Source: Roseovarius sp.
GTDB lineage: Bacteria > Pseudomonadota > Alphaproteobacteria > Rhodobacterales > Rhodobacteraceae
NCBI GenBank assembly: GCA_032251095.1
Contig: JAVVFB010000001.1
Span: forward strand, 969-64,968
Direction: 5' to 3'
Length of the DNA stretch: 64,000 nt
In this document: one piece after another, positions 20,466 to 28,848 of the stretch
Position numbering within the stretch: position 1 is the first letter of the stretch
Layout: every line of letters starts with the position of its first letter
Position numbers and translations under genes: made by a program
The notes under the pieces: model-generated
What the model saw: only the letters and a program-made list of their open reading frames with translations
The model's database searches: none
Told to the model about the DNA's origin: nothing

Positions 20466-21626
20466 ATGCATTTCGGATTGAGCGACGAACAAGAGATGAT
20501 CGTCAGAGCCGTGCGCAGCTTTGTCGAGAACGAGATCTATCCCCATGAGGCCGAGGTCGAACGGACCGGCGAGGTGCCGCCCGAGGTGGCGCAGGCGATC
20601 AAGCAAAAAACGATTGATCTGGGGTTTTACGCCTGTAATTTCCCCGAAGAGGTGGGCGGCGCGGGCCTCAACCACCTCGAATTCGCCCTGGTTGAGCGCG
20701 AGCTTGGACGCGGCTCGATGGCGCTTAACCATTTCTTCGGGCGCCCGCAAAATATCCTGATGGCTTGTACGGGCGAACAGCGCGAGCGCTACCTGCTTCC
20801 GGCGGTGCGCGGCGAGCGGATGGATGCGCTTGCGATGACAGAACCGGGCGCCGGCTCGGATGTGCGCGGCATGAAATGCAGCGCGCGGCGTGACGGCGGG
20901 GATTGGGTTCTCAACGGCACCAAGCACTTTATAAGCGGCGCGGATCACGCTGATTTCATTATTGTTTTCGTCGCCACCGGCGAAGACGATACCCCGCGCG
21001 GCCCGAAAAAGCGCATCACCACATTTCTGGTCGATCGCGGCACGCCAGGCTTTACCATCCGCGACGGCTATAGGTCGGTGAGCCACCGGGGCTATAAGAA
21101 TTGCATTCTCGATTTCGATGATTGCCGCCTGTCCGATGCCCAGGTTCTGGGTGAGGTCGATGGTGGTTTCGCGGTGATGAACGAATGGCTTTACGCCACA
21201 AGGATCACCGTGGCCACGATGAGTGTCGGGCGCGCGCGGCGCTGTTTTGACTACGCGCTGAACTATGCCGCCGAGCGCAAACAATTCGGCCAGCAGATCG
21301 GCAAATTCCAAGGGGTCAGCTTTCAGATCGCCGATATGATCACCGAGATTGACGCCGCCGACCTGCTGACCCTCAACGCCGCCTGGCGGCTGGATCAGCG
21401 CCTGCCGACCAACCGCGAAATCGCCAGCGCCAAACTCTACGCCTCGGAAATGCTCGCGCGGATCACCGATGCGACATTGCAGATTTATGGCGGCATGGGG
21501 CTGATGGATGATTTTCCCATCGAACGGTTCTGGCGCGATGCGCGGGTCGAACGGATCTGGGACGGCACCAGCGAAATTCAGCGTCACATCATAAGTCGCG
21601 ACCTGCTTCGCCCCCTCGGGGCCTGA
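20466..21626 (+). CDS. acyl-CoA dehydrogenase
   Basis: MHFGLSDEQEMIVRAVRSF..., ...ALAMTEPGAGSDV..., ...QIYGGMGLMDDFPIERFWRDARVERIWDGTSEIQ.... Starts 2 nt after the previous stop. Confidence 0.85.
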   Translation: MHFGLSDEQEMIVRAVRSFVENEIYPHEAEVERTGEVPPEVAQAIKQKTIDLGFYACNFPEEVGGAGLNHLEFALVERELGRGSMALNHFFGRPQNILMACTGEQRERYLLPAVRGERMDALAMTEPGAGSDVRGMKCSARRDGGDWVLNGTKHFISGADHADFIIVFVATGEDDTPRGPKKRITTFLVDRGTPGFTIRDGYRSVSHRGYKNCILDFDDCRLSDAQVLGEVDGGFAVMNEWLYATRITVATMSVGRARRCFDYALNYAAERKQFGQQIGKFQGVSFQIADMITEIDAADLLTLNAAWRLDQRLPTNREIASAKLYASEMLARITDATLQIYGGMGLMDDFPIERFWRDARVERIWDGTSEIQRHIISRDLLRPLGA

Positions 21627-21638
21627 GGCGATGGCTGT

Positions 21639-21861
21639 CCAAAAGAGTATTGATGCCTCCGGCGGGGATATTTCAGGCCAGAAGAAACGGGGAAGGGATA
21701 GAATCGCTTCCCCGTCTTGGGAAACACGCAAAGGCGCTTCTCCTGGCACGGTCATCGGCGTCCCCGCCTGTACCGTGATCACAGATTGGCAAAAACAGGT
21801 TAACAATCCGTTGTTTCTTCTGGCAAAAAATATCCCCGCCGGAGGCCCAAATCTCTTTTGG
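21639..21861. repeat. 223-bp palindromic unit: two inverted copies of the REP-like repeat (arms about 21639-21688 and 21813-21861)
   Basis: CCAAAAGAG...CCTCCGGCGGGGATATTTCAGGCCAGAAGAAAC on the left matches the reverse complement of GTTTCTTCTGGCAAAAAATATCCCCGCCGGAGG...CTCTTTTGG on the right. It fills the spacer between two same-strand genes. Confidence 0.85.
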
Positions 21862-21874
21862 GGTGAGGCCCGAT

Positions 21875-23914
21875 ATGCGTGATCTGTCGCGGCTCTTGCG
21901 TCCCGCATCAATCGCAGTCGTCGGCGGTGGCACCTGGTGTACATCGGTGATCGAGCAATGCGGCAAGATGGGCTATGTCGGCCCGGTCTGGCCGGTTCAT
22001 CCGACGCGACACGAGATAGCAGGGCGCGCGGCCTTTGCCAGACTTGAGGATCTGCCCGGCGTGCCCGATGCAGTGTTCATCGGCGTCAATCGCGAGACCA
22101 CGCTCGAATTGGTGGCGCAGTTTTCCGCCATGGGGGTCGGCGGCGCAGTCTGTTTTGCCAGCGGTTTTCGCGAGATGCAGGCCGAGACCGGCGATGGAGA
22201 TGCCTTGCAGGACCGATTGCTGGCGGCGGCGGGCGATATGGCGATCCTTGGCCCCAATTGCTATGGGTTCATCAACTATCTGGATGGCGCGCTTTTGTGG
22301 CCGGATCAACATGGCGGGCGCCGGGTCGACAGCGGCGTGGCGATCCTGACGCAAAGCTCCAACATCGCCATCAATCTCAGCATGCAAGCGCGCGGCCTGC
22401 CGATTGCCTATCTGATGACAGCCGGCAATCAGGCGCAGCTTGGACTTGCGCAACTGGGGCGCGCCCTTTTGGCCGATCCCCGCGTGACCGCTCTGGGCCT
22501 GCATATCGAGGGCATCGGCCATTTGCCCGACTTCGAGGCCCTCGCCCGTGATGCGCACGCCCTTGGCAAGCCCATCGTCGCGCTCAAGGCCGGCAAGTCT
22601 GAACAGGCGCGCGCGGCAGCGATTTCGCATACCGCCTCGCTCGCCGGGTCAGACGCCGGGGCGCGTGCCCTTCTCGCGCGGCTTGGTGTGGCACAGGTCG
22701 AGGGGTTGCCGACCCTGCTTGAGACCCTCAAGCTTTTGCATCTTGCCGGGCCTCTGCCCTCAAACCGGGTCGTTTCCCTTTCGTGTTCGGGCGGCGAGGC
22801 AAGCCTCGTGGCCGATAGCGCCGTCGGGCGTGATCTTACCTTTCCGCCACTTGGCCCCACCCAGATCGAGGGATTGCGCGCCGCGCTCGGCCCCCGTGTG
22901 GCGCTTGCCAACCCGTTGGATTATCATACCTTTATCTGGGGCGATGTGGAACGCATGCGGGATACCTTCGCCGCCATGCTTGCGGGTGATGTGGCGGCGG
23001 GCTGTATCATCGTCGATTTCCCGCGCCCTGATCGCTGTGACCCTTCGGCCTGGGATTGCGTGATTGACGCCGCAAGCGCGGCGCAAAAGCGTTCGGGCAA
23101 GCCGCTCGTTCTCTTGTCCACCCTGCCCGAAACCCTGCCTGAAGCCATGATTCAGCGCTGTCTTGTCGGCGGTCTGATCCCGCTCATCGGGCTGGATGAG
23201 GGGCTGACAGCAATCGCGCTTGCCGCCGGGTTGGGGCGCGCGCACGCGCAACCGTCGGCAATCCTGCCTCCTGGAACGCCGGGCCCCTTACATCTGCTGA
23301 CCGAGGCAGACGCCAAGCGCATCCTGTCCGGGTTTGGTCTGGCGGTGCCCGCATTGCACACCGCCGCCACCGCACAAGGGGCCGCTCACGCCGCGACACT
23401 GCTTGGCTTTCCTGTCGCCCTCAAGGGACAGGGTGCGGCGCATAAATCCGAGGCAGGGCTGGTGGCGCTTAACCTGTGCGACGCTGATGCAGTTGCCGCC
23501 GCCGCCGTCCGCATGGACAGCCCCGGCTTTCTGGTCGAGAGCATGGTAAACGGCACTCTGGTAGAGCTGTTGATCGGCGTGCTGCGCGACCCGGCGCATG
23601 GCTTCGTCCTGACGCTTGCGGCGGGCGGGGTGCTGACCGAGGTGATGGGCGATAGCCAATTCCTGCTCTTGCCCGTCACCCAAGACGATGTACTCGACGC
23701 CCTGTCACGCTTGCGAATCGCCCCCCTGCTGGCCGGATACCGCGGCAAACCAGCGGTGGATAAAGAGGCCATTGCACGGGCCGTTTTGGCAGTGCAGGCT
23801 TATGTGATCGCCAATGCGGCACGCCTTGACGAAATTGAAATCAACCCACTGATATGTGGCTCGGATTTCGCCATCGCCGCGGATGCCCTGATCAGGATCG
23901 GAGAAGATAGATGA
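21875..23914 (+). CDS. acetate--CoA ligase family protein (ADP-forming acyl-CoA synthetase: CoA-binding + ATP-grasp)
   Basis: MRDLSRLLRPASIAVVGGG... CoA-binding start and C-terminal ATP-grasp-like half. ATG 21875 lies 6 nt after GAGG. An alternative GTG start is at 21863. Confidence 0.75.
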   Translation: MRDLSRLLRPASIAVVGGGTWCTSVIEQCGKMGYVGPVWPVHPTRHEIAGRAAFARLEDLPGVPDAVFIGVNRETTLELVAQFSAMGVGGAVCFASGFREMQAETGDGDALQDRLLAAAGDMAILGPNCYGFINYLDGALLWPDQHGGRRVDSGVAILTQSSNIAINLSMQARGLPIAYLMTAGNQAQLGLAQLGRALLADPRVTALGLHIEGIGHLPDFEALARDAHALGKPIVALKAGKSEQARAAAISHTASLAGSDAGARALLARLGVAQVEGLPTLLETLKLLHLAGPLPSNRVVSLSCSGGEASLVADSAVGRDLTFPPLGPTQIEGLRAALGPRVALANPLDYHTFIWGDVERMRDTFAAMLAGDVAAGCIIVDFPRPDRCDPSAWDCVIDAASAAQKRSGKPLVLLSTLPETLPEAMIQRCLVGGLIPLIGLDEGLTAIALAAGLGRAHAQPSAILPPGTPGPLHLLTEADAKRILSGFGLAVPALHTAATAQGAAHAATLLGFPVALKGQGAAHKSEAGLVALNLCDADAVAAAAVRMDSPGFLVESMVNGTLVELLIGVLRDPAHGFVLTLAAGGVLTEVMGDSQFLLLPVTQDDVLDALSRLRIAPLLAGYRGKPAVDKEAIARAVLAVQAYVIANAARLDEIEINPLICGSDFAIAADALIRIGEDR

Positions 23915-24696
23915 CCCAAAGCCCCTTGAAAACCGAACGGCGTGGCGCCGTGCTTGAGGTGACGCTTGATCGTCCCAAGGCCAATTCGATTGATCTTGAA
24001 ACAAGCCGTATCATGGGCGAGGTCTTTCGCGATTTCCGCGATGATCCCGATCTGCGCGTCGCATTGGTGACGGGGGCGGGCGACAAATTCTTTTGCCCCG
24101 GCTGGGATCTCAAGGCGGCGGCGGATGGCGATGCGGTTGACGGTGACTATGGCGTTGGCGGCTTTGGCGGGTTGCAGGAACTGCGCGACCTCAACAAGCC
24201 GGTGATCGCCGCCGTCAACGGGATTTGCTGTGGTGGCGGGCTTGAACTGGCGCTTTCGGCCGATATCATCCTCGCCGCGGATCACGCAAGCTTTGCCCTG
24301 CCCGAAATCCGCTCTGGCACGGTGGCCGATGCCGCGAGCGTCAAACTGCCCAAACGCATTCCCTATCATATCGCGATGGAAATGCTGCTCACCGGGCGCT
24401 GGCTTGACGCCCAAGAGGCCGCCCGCTGGGGCTTCGTCAACCATCTTTATCCCGGCGCCACTCTGATGGCCGAGGCGCGCGCGATGGCCGATCAACTGGC
24501 CTCAGGCCCGCCACTGGTTTACGCCGCCATCAAGGATATCGTGCGCGACGCCGAAGCACTCCGCTTTCAGGATGCTATGAACCGGATTACCAAACGCCAG
24601 CTTGCGACGGTCGACCGGCTCTACGCCTCGCAAGATCAGTTGGAGGGCGCGCGTGCCTTCGCCGAAAAGCGCGATCCAGTCTGGAAAGGCAAATAG
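23911..24696 (+). CDS. enoyl-CoA hydratase/crotonase family (CaiD-like, 261 aa)
   Basis: ...LVTGAGDKFFCPGWDLKAAA...AAVNGICCGGGLELALSADI... crotonase fold. Overlaps the previous stop (ATGA). Confidence 0.8.
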   Translation: MTQSPLKTERRGAVLEVTLDRPKANSIDLETSRIMGEVFRDFRDDPDLRVALVTGAGDKFFCPGWDLKAAADGDAVDGDYGVGGFGGLQELRDLNKPVIAAVNGICCGGGLELALSADIILAADHASFALPEIRSGTVADAASVKLPKRIPYHIAMEMLLTGRWLDAQEAARWGFVNHLYPGATLMAEARAMADQLASGPPLVYAAIKDIVRDAEALRFQDAMNRITKRQLATVDRLYASQDQLEGARAFAEKRDPVWKGK

Positions 24697-24704
24697 GCCC
24701 GGCC

Positions 24705-24768
24705 GTTTCTTCTGGCCTTAAATATCCCGGGGGAATCGTCGCTTTGCGACGATGGGGGCAGCGCCCCC
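24705..24768 (-). repeat. REP-like repeat copy B
   Basis: GTTTCTTCTGGCCTTAAATATCCCGGGGGA, then hairpin ATCGTCGC-ttt-GCGACGAT, then hairpin GGGGGCAGCGCCCCC. Lies between convergent genes. Confidence 0.85.
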
Positions 24769-24778
24769 TTTCACCGGC

Positions 24779-25294
24779 TCAGGCAAAGATCTGCGCGGCA
24801 TGCTCTTGCATATAGATCCGGAGCCAGGGCGAATAGCGCGCCGGATGCGCCTTAAGCGCCGCATGAAGCGCGTTCAGGCTGATCCAGCGGGTCTCCATCA
24901 CCTCTTCGGGATTGGGATCAAGCGGGATGCGCGCGGGCAGCCGCGCCATGAAGATATCGACCACCTCATGCTCGACAAGCCCGCCGCCCACATCGGCGCG
25001 GTATTCCACCCGGTCGCGATGCGTAAGGCTCAGCCCGGTGATGCCAAGCTCTTCATCAAGGCGGCGATGCGCGCAGGGTTCGGGGTCTTCGCCCCAATTG
25101 GGATGCGTGCAACAGGTATTCGCCCAAAGACCCGGCGTGTGATATTTGCCAAGCGCGCGGCGCTGGATCAAAAGATCGTCGCCCGCCATCACGAAAACCG
25201 ACACCGCCTTGTGACGCAAGCCGCGCTGATGCGCCTCAAGCTTTTCGACGGCCACAAGATCGCCGCCCACCCATGTGGGAATAAGCACCGTCAT
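24779..25294 (-). CDS. idi: isopentenyl-diphosphate delta-isomerase, type 1 (Nudix)
   Basis: 171 aa, ...HKAVSVFVMAGDDLLIQRRALGKYHTPGLWANTCCTHP.... Sits next to bchP as in Rhodobacter PGCs. Confidence 0.85.
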   Translation of the reverse strand: MTVLIPTWVGGDLVAVEKLEAHQRGLRHKAVSVFVMAGDDLLIQRRALGKYHTPGLWANTCCTHPNWGEDPEPCAHRRLDEELGITGLSLTHRDRVEYRADVGGGLVEHEVVDIFMARLPARIPLDPNPEEVMETRWISLNALHAALKAHPARYSPWLRIYMQEHAAQIFA

Positions 25295-26475
25295 ACGTAG
25301 AACTCGGGCACGATCCGCGTCAGATGCGCGAGGTTCTTCAAGCCGATCTTGACATGCGCCAGCGGGCGGGCGCGCACCAGTTTCTTGTTCATATAGGCCT
25401 CGAATGTCAGGCGTTGCACGTCGATATCATGGCACAGAGACACGAAGCGCTCGCGCCGCTCGTCCGATCTATAATAGGCGTTTTGCATGGATGCCAGTAC
25501 ACGAAACACGGTCTTATGGTCGCGCATGAAAAGTTGGCGCGCAAGTTTCAGGTCGCGCACCCGCCCCGAGGCAAGACAGGCCGCCGCCGCCGTGGCGGCC
25601 ACGCGACCGCCGACCATGGCATAATAAATCCCCTCGCCGGACGAGGGCGCAACCACCCCCGCCGCATCGCCCGCAAGCACAACGTCGCGGCCATTGTCCC
25701 AGCACTCCATCGGCTTGAGAGGAATTGGCGCGCCTTCGCGGCGGATCGTCTTGCAGTCGGTCAACCCAGAGGCCGCGCGCAGTTGCGCGGTGGCCTTCTT
25801 GAGGTCGACCTCGCGGATCATGCTGCCCATGCCAACGCTGGCAGATGTGCCATGCGGAAACACCCAGCCATAAAAATCGGGCGAAATCGCGCCGTCATAG
25901 ATGACGTCACAGCGGGTCGGATCATACTGCTCGCTCGGGCGCGGGGCTTCGATAATCTCGTGATAGGCGATGACATAGGGGATATTGTCGCCGCCGGGCA
26001 CCTCGGCGCGGGCAACCTTGGAGCGCGCGCCATCGGCTCCGATAACAAGACGCGTGGCAAGGCGGGCCTCTTCGCCGCTGGCCTTGTCGCGATAGATGAC
26101 GCTGGTGGTTCCATTGTCGCGCTCGATACGCAGAAAGGTGCCGGTCACGCGGCTTGCCCCGGCGGCGGCGGCGCGGGCGCGCAGGAATTCGTCAAAGCGG
26201 TCACGATCCACCATGCCGACAAAGCCGTTTTCAATCGCGATATCCACCTTGCGCCTCGTGGGCGAAATCATCCGCGCGGTGGTGACCTTGGCCACAAGCT
26301 GACTGTCGGGGATGTGGAAATCGGCGATCATGCGCGGCGGCACCGCGCCGCCGCAGGGTTTGATCCTCCCCGCCCGGTCCAAAAGTGCCACCTGATAACC
26401 CGAACGTGCCAGATCATCGGCCGCCGTGGCCCCCGACGGCCCGCCCCCCACTACGACAACGTCAAACATGCTCAT
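25291..26475 (-). CDS. bchP: geranylgeranyl diphosphate/bacteriochlorophyll reductase
   Basis: FDVVVVGGGPSGATAADDLARSG FAD motif, 394 aa, in PGC context. Confidence 0.9.
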   Translation of the reverse strand: MSMFDVVVVGGGPSGATAADDLARSGYQVALLDRAGRIKPCGGAVPPRMIADFHIPDSQLVAKVTTARMISPTRRKVDIAIENGFVGMVDRDRFDEFLRARAAAAGASRVTGTFLRIERDNGTTSVIYRDKASGEEARLATRLVIGADGARSKVARAEVPGGDNIPYVIAYHEIIEAPRPSEQYDPTRCDVIYDGAISPDFYGWVFPHGTSASVGMGSMIREVDLKKATAQLRAASGLTDCKTIRREGAPIPLKPMECWDNGRDVVLAGDAAGVVAPSSGEGIYYAMVGGRVAATAAAACLASGRVRDLKLARQLFMRDHKTVFRVLASMQNAYYRSDERRERFVSLCHDIDVQRLTFEAYMNKKLVRARPLAHVKIGLKNLAHLTRIVPEFYV

Positions 26476-27764
26476 TCCCCCGCAACAAGGGCCGCACCGC
26501 GGTTGCGACCGTGATCAATCACCCTGAGCGCCAGAAGCGCCGAGAGAACGAATAGCGTGGCCTCGACCAAAAAGACCGTGCCGAAAGCCTGTGCATCATT
26601 GCCAAGCCAGAGGCGCATCACGTCAACCGCGGCCGCGCCGACAAGCCCGCCAAACCCGGCGGCAATCGCCTGTGCCGCGCCCCAAAGCCCCATGCGGGTG
26701 CCTTCGCGCGCGTCGCGCCCCTGCCCTGCCAAGGCCATCATCGCGCCAATCGCGGCCACGGCGAACATGCCGTTGAAGACGCCAAGCGCAACAACAGCCG
26801 GGACGAATGCCGCTGTCGCGCTAAGGCCCCCAAGCAGCGTGATCACCGCAAGCGCGCAGGCCGAGCCAAGACAGCCCGCCACGACCCAGTGTTTCAAACT
26901 GCCAAGACGCAATCCCGTGGCGGCGATGCCGACCGTAAGCATGCCAAGGAAAACGCCGCCATTTTGCGCGCCAGACAGGCTTGTCGATTGGCCGGGCGTA
27001 AAGCCGAACACCAGACCGGCATAGGGCTCCAGGATAAGTTCCTGCATGAAATAGGCGGTCATCGACAAAAACACGAAGATGGTGAAATGCCGGGCCTCGG
27101 GTTCGGCCCAGATCTCGGCAAGACCCTCGGCAAAACCCATCGGCGCCGCGTTAAGGTCAGGGGCAGCGTTCACACCGGCCTCGATGCCCCAGACCGCCAG
27201 AACGGTCATGAAAACCGCGCCAGAGGTGACAATCCCGACGATCTTGATCAACAGCGCCGGGCTATAGGGGTCAAGGAACGCGCCAACCGTGGCGGCCGTG
27301 ACCGCAATGCCCGCAATCATCATCAGCCAGGTGATCGTGGCCGCCGCCGCGCGGCGATGCGGCGCCGTGGCCGTGGCCAAAAGCGCCAGAAGCGAGGTGC
27401 CAGAGGCCCCGACACCAAGGCCGATCAAGGCGTAAGACAGCGCCGAAAGCGCCAGACCAGCGGCAAAATGCTCGGCCAATACCAGAACGCCCAACGCCGC
27501 CCCCATGCCGCCAAGCGCAAGCGCCACCATCCCGCCGATGATCCAACGGGTGCGATGGCCGCCCGTGTCGGACAAAAAACCCCAGTTGGGCCGGGTGATC
27601 TGAATGCCGTAATGCAGCGCCACCAAAAGCCCCGGCAAGACCGCCGGCAAGGCCAGTTCGACCACCATCAACCGGTTCAGCGTCGAAGTGGTCAGCACGA
27701 CAATCGCGCCCAATGCCATTTGCACAAGGCCAAGCCGAACGATCTGAAGCCAGCTCAGGGTCAT
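26472..27764 (-). CDS. PucC/BCD-family MFS protein (orf428-type)
   Basis: 430 aa, polytopic, lying between bchG and bchP as in Rhodobacter. Paralogous to lhaA in this window. Confidence 0.8.
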   Translation of the reverse strand: MTLSWLQIVRLGLVQMALGAIVVLTTSTLNRLMVVELALPAVLPGLLVALHYGIQITRPNWGFLSDTGGHRTRWIIGGMVALALGGMGAALGVLVLAEHFAAGLALSALSYALIGLGVGASGTSLLALLATATAPHRRAAAATITWLMMIAGIAVTAATVGAFLDPYSPALLIKIVGIVTSGAVFMTVLAVWGIEAGVNAAPDLNAAPMGFAEGLAEIWAEPEARHFTIFVFLSMTAYFMQELILEPYAGLVFGFTPGQSTSLSGAQNGGVFLGMLTVGIAATGLRLGSLKHWVVAGCLGSACALAVITLLGGLSATAAFVPAVVALGVFNGMFAVAAIGAMMALAGQGRDAREGTRMGLWGAAQAIAAGFGGLVGAAAVDVMRLWLGNDAQAFGTVFLVEATLFVLSALLALRVIDHGRNRGAALVAGE

Positions 27765-28672
27765 CCTAGACCGCCAATCGTGCGCAGCGCGAAGGCTGCG
27801 ACCATCATGCCGCTGACGTAAAAGGTAACGCCGGTGCCGTTATACCAAGGCGTGCGCCCCTTGGGATCGGACAGCAGAACCCGCATGGCCCAGAATTGCG
27901 CCGCCAAAAGCCCGCCAATCGCCAAGGCGTGCCAGGGGCGATCCCAGCCCAACAAAAGTGTGATCACCGCCACCTGTGGCAGGGCCATGACCCAGCACGC
28001 CACGCGCGCCGCGCGATCCGGCCCAAGCGTGACCGGAAGAGAGTTGACACCCATCTGGCGGTCGCCCTCCAAGGCCTTGAAATCATTCAAGGTCATGATG
28101 CCATGCGCGCCAAGCGCATAGAGCAGCGCCACGATCACCACCGGCACCGAAGGGGCACCATTGGCCAAAACTGCGGCGCCGGTGAACCAGGGCAAGCCCT
28201 CGTAACACAGCCCCACAAGCCCCGGCCCCCAGATGCCAGAACGCTTGAGGCGCACCGGCTCTGCGGAATAGGCCCAGGCGGCGATGACGCCGAACACCGT
28301 CGCGCCAAAGCCCCAGGCGCCAAGCAGCGCGCCGATGCAAAGCGCCACGGCCGACATGATCAGCGCGATCCACAACCCCCAACGGCCCGGCACCCGGCCC
28401 GAGGGGATCGGGCGGTAGGGTTCGTTGATGGCATCGACATGGCGGTCACACCAGTCATTGGCGGCCTGGCTCATGCCGCAGACCACCGGACCGGCAAGCA
28501 CCATGCCCAGAATCACCAACCCCCAGGATTGCGAAGGCGACACCCCCGAAGAGACGACCCCGCACAGATAGGCCCATATTGGCGGAAACCACGTGATCGG
28601 CTTGACCAGGGTCAAGACGGCGCGGGGCTCCGGCAGGCGGCGCGGGATATGTAAGCTTTGCGTGACACTCAT
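27761..28672 (-). CDS. bchG: bacteriochlorophyll a synthase (UbiA prenyltransferase family)
   Basis: MSVTQSLHIPRRLPEPRAVLTLVKPITWFPP... from ATG 28672 (the ORF track extends to TTG 28693). Asp-rich motif NDWCDRHVDAINEPYRPIPSG. Confidence 0.9.
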   Translation of the reverse strand: MSVTQSLHIPRRLPEPRAVLTLVKPITWFPPIWAYLCGVVSSGVSPSQSWGLVILGMVLAGPVVCGMSQAANDWCDRHVDAINEPYRPIPSGRVPGRWGLWIALIMSAVALCIGALLGAWGFGATVFGVIAAWAYSAEPVRLKRSGIWGPGLVGLCYEGLPWFTGAAVLANGAPSVPVVIVALLYALGAHGIMTLNDFKALEGDRQMGVNSLPVTLGPDRAARVACWVMALPQVAVITLLLGWDRPWHALAIGGLLAAQFWAMRVLLSDPKGRTPWYNGTGVTFYVSGMMVAAFALRTIGGLG

Positions 28673-28777
28673 GGTGTCAAGTAAACTATACAATCGCGAT
28701 CAGGGAAAGAAGATTCTTGACCACTAGAGCATATCGCGTTCATTCGTAGTCGCGCGATACGCTCTAACCTATTGATG

Positions 28778-28828
28778 TCGCATGTTCGGATCGCTCAAAA
28801 CCTTGTCCCACTTTTGAGCAACATGCGA
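28778..28828 (-). terminator. composite stem-loop 20 nt downstream of the ppsR stop
   Basis: Outer stem TCGCATGTT/AACATGCGA (9 bp), inner stem GCTCAAAA/TTTTGAGC (8 bp), 11-nt loop. No clear U tract. Confidence 0.35.
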
Positions 28829-28848
28829 TAAATCAGACGGATACGAGA

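Noticed and set aside
28804-28823. TGT-N14-ACA near the ppsR 3' end / bchG upstream region
   Set aside because: The spacing is 14 rather than the 12 required for PpsR/CrtJ palindromes. It is part of the stem-loop described separately.
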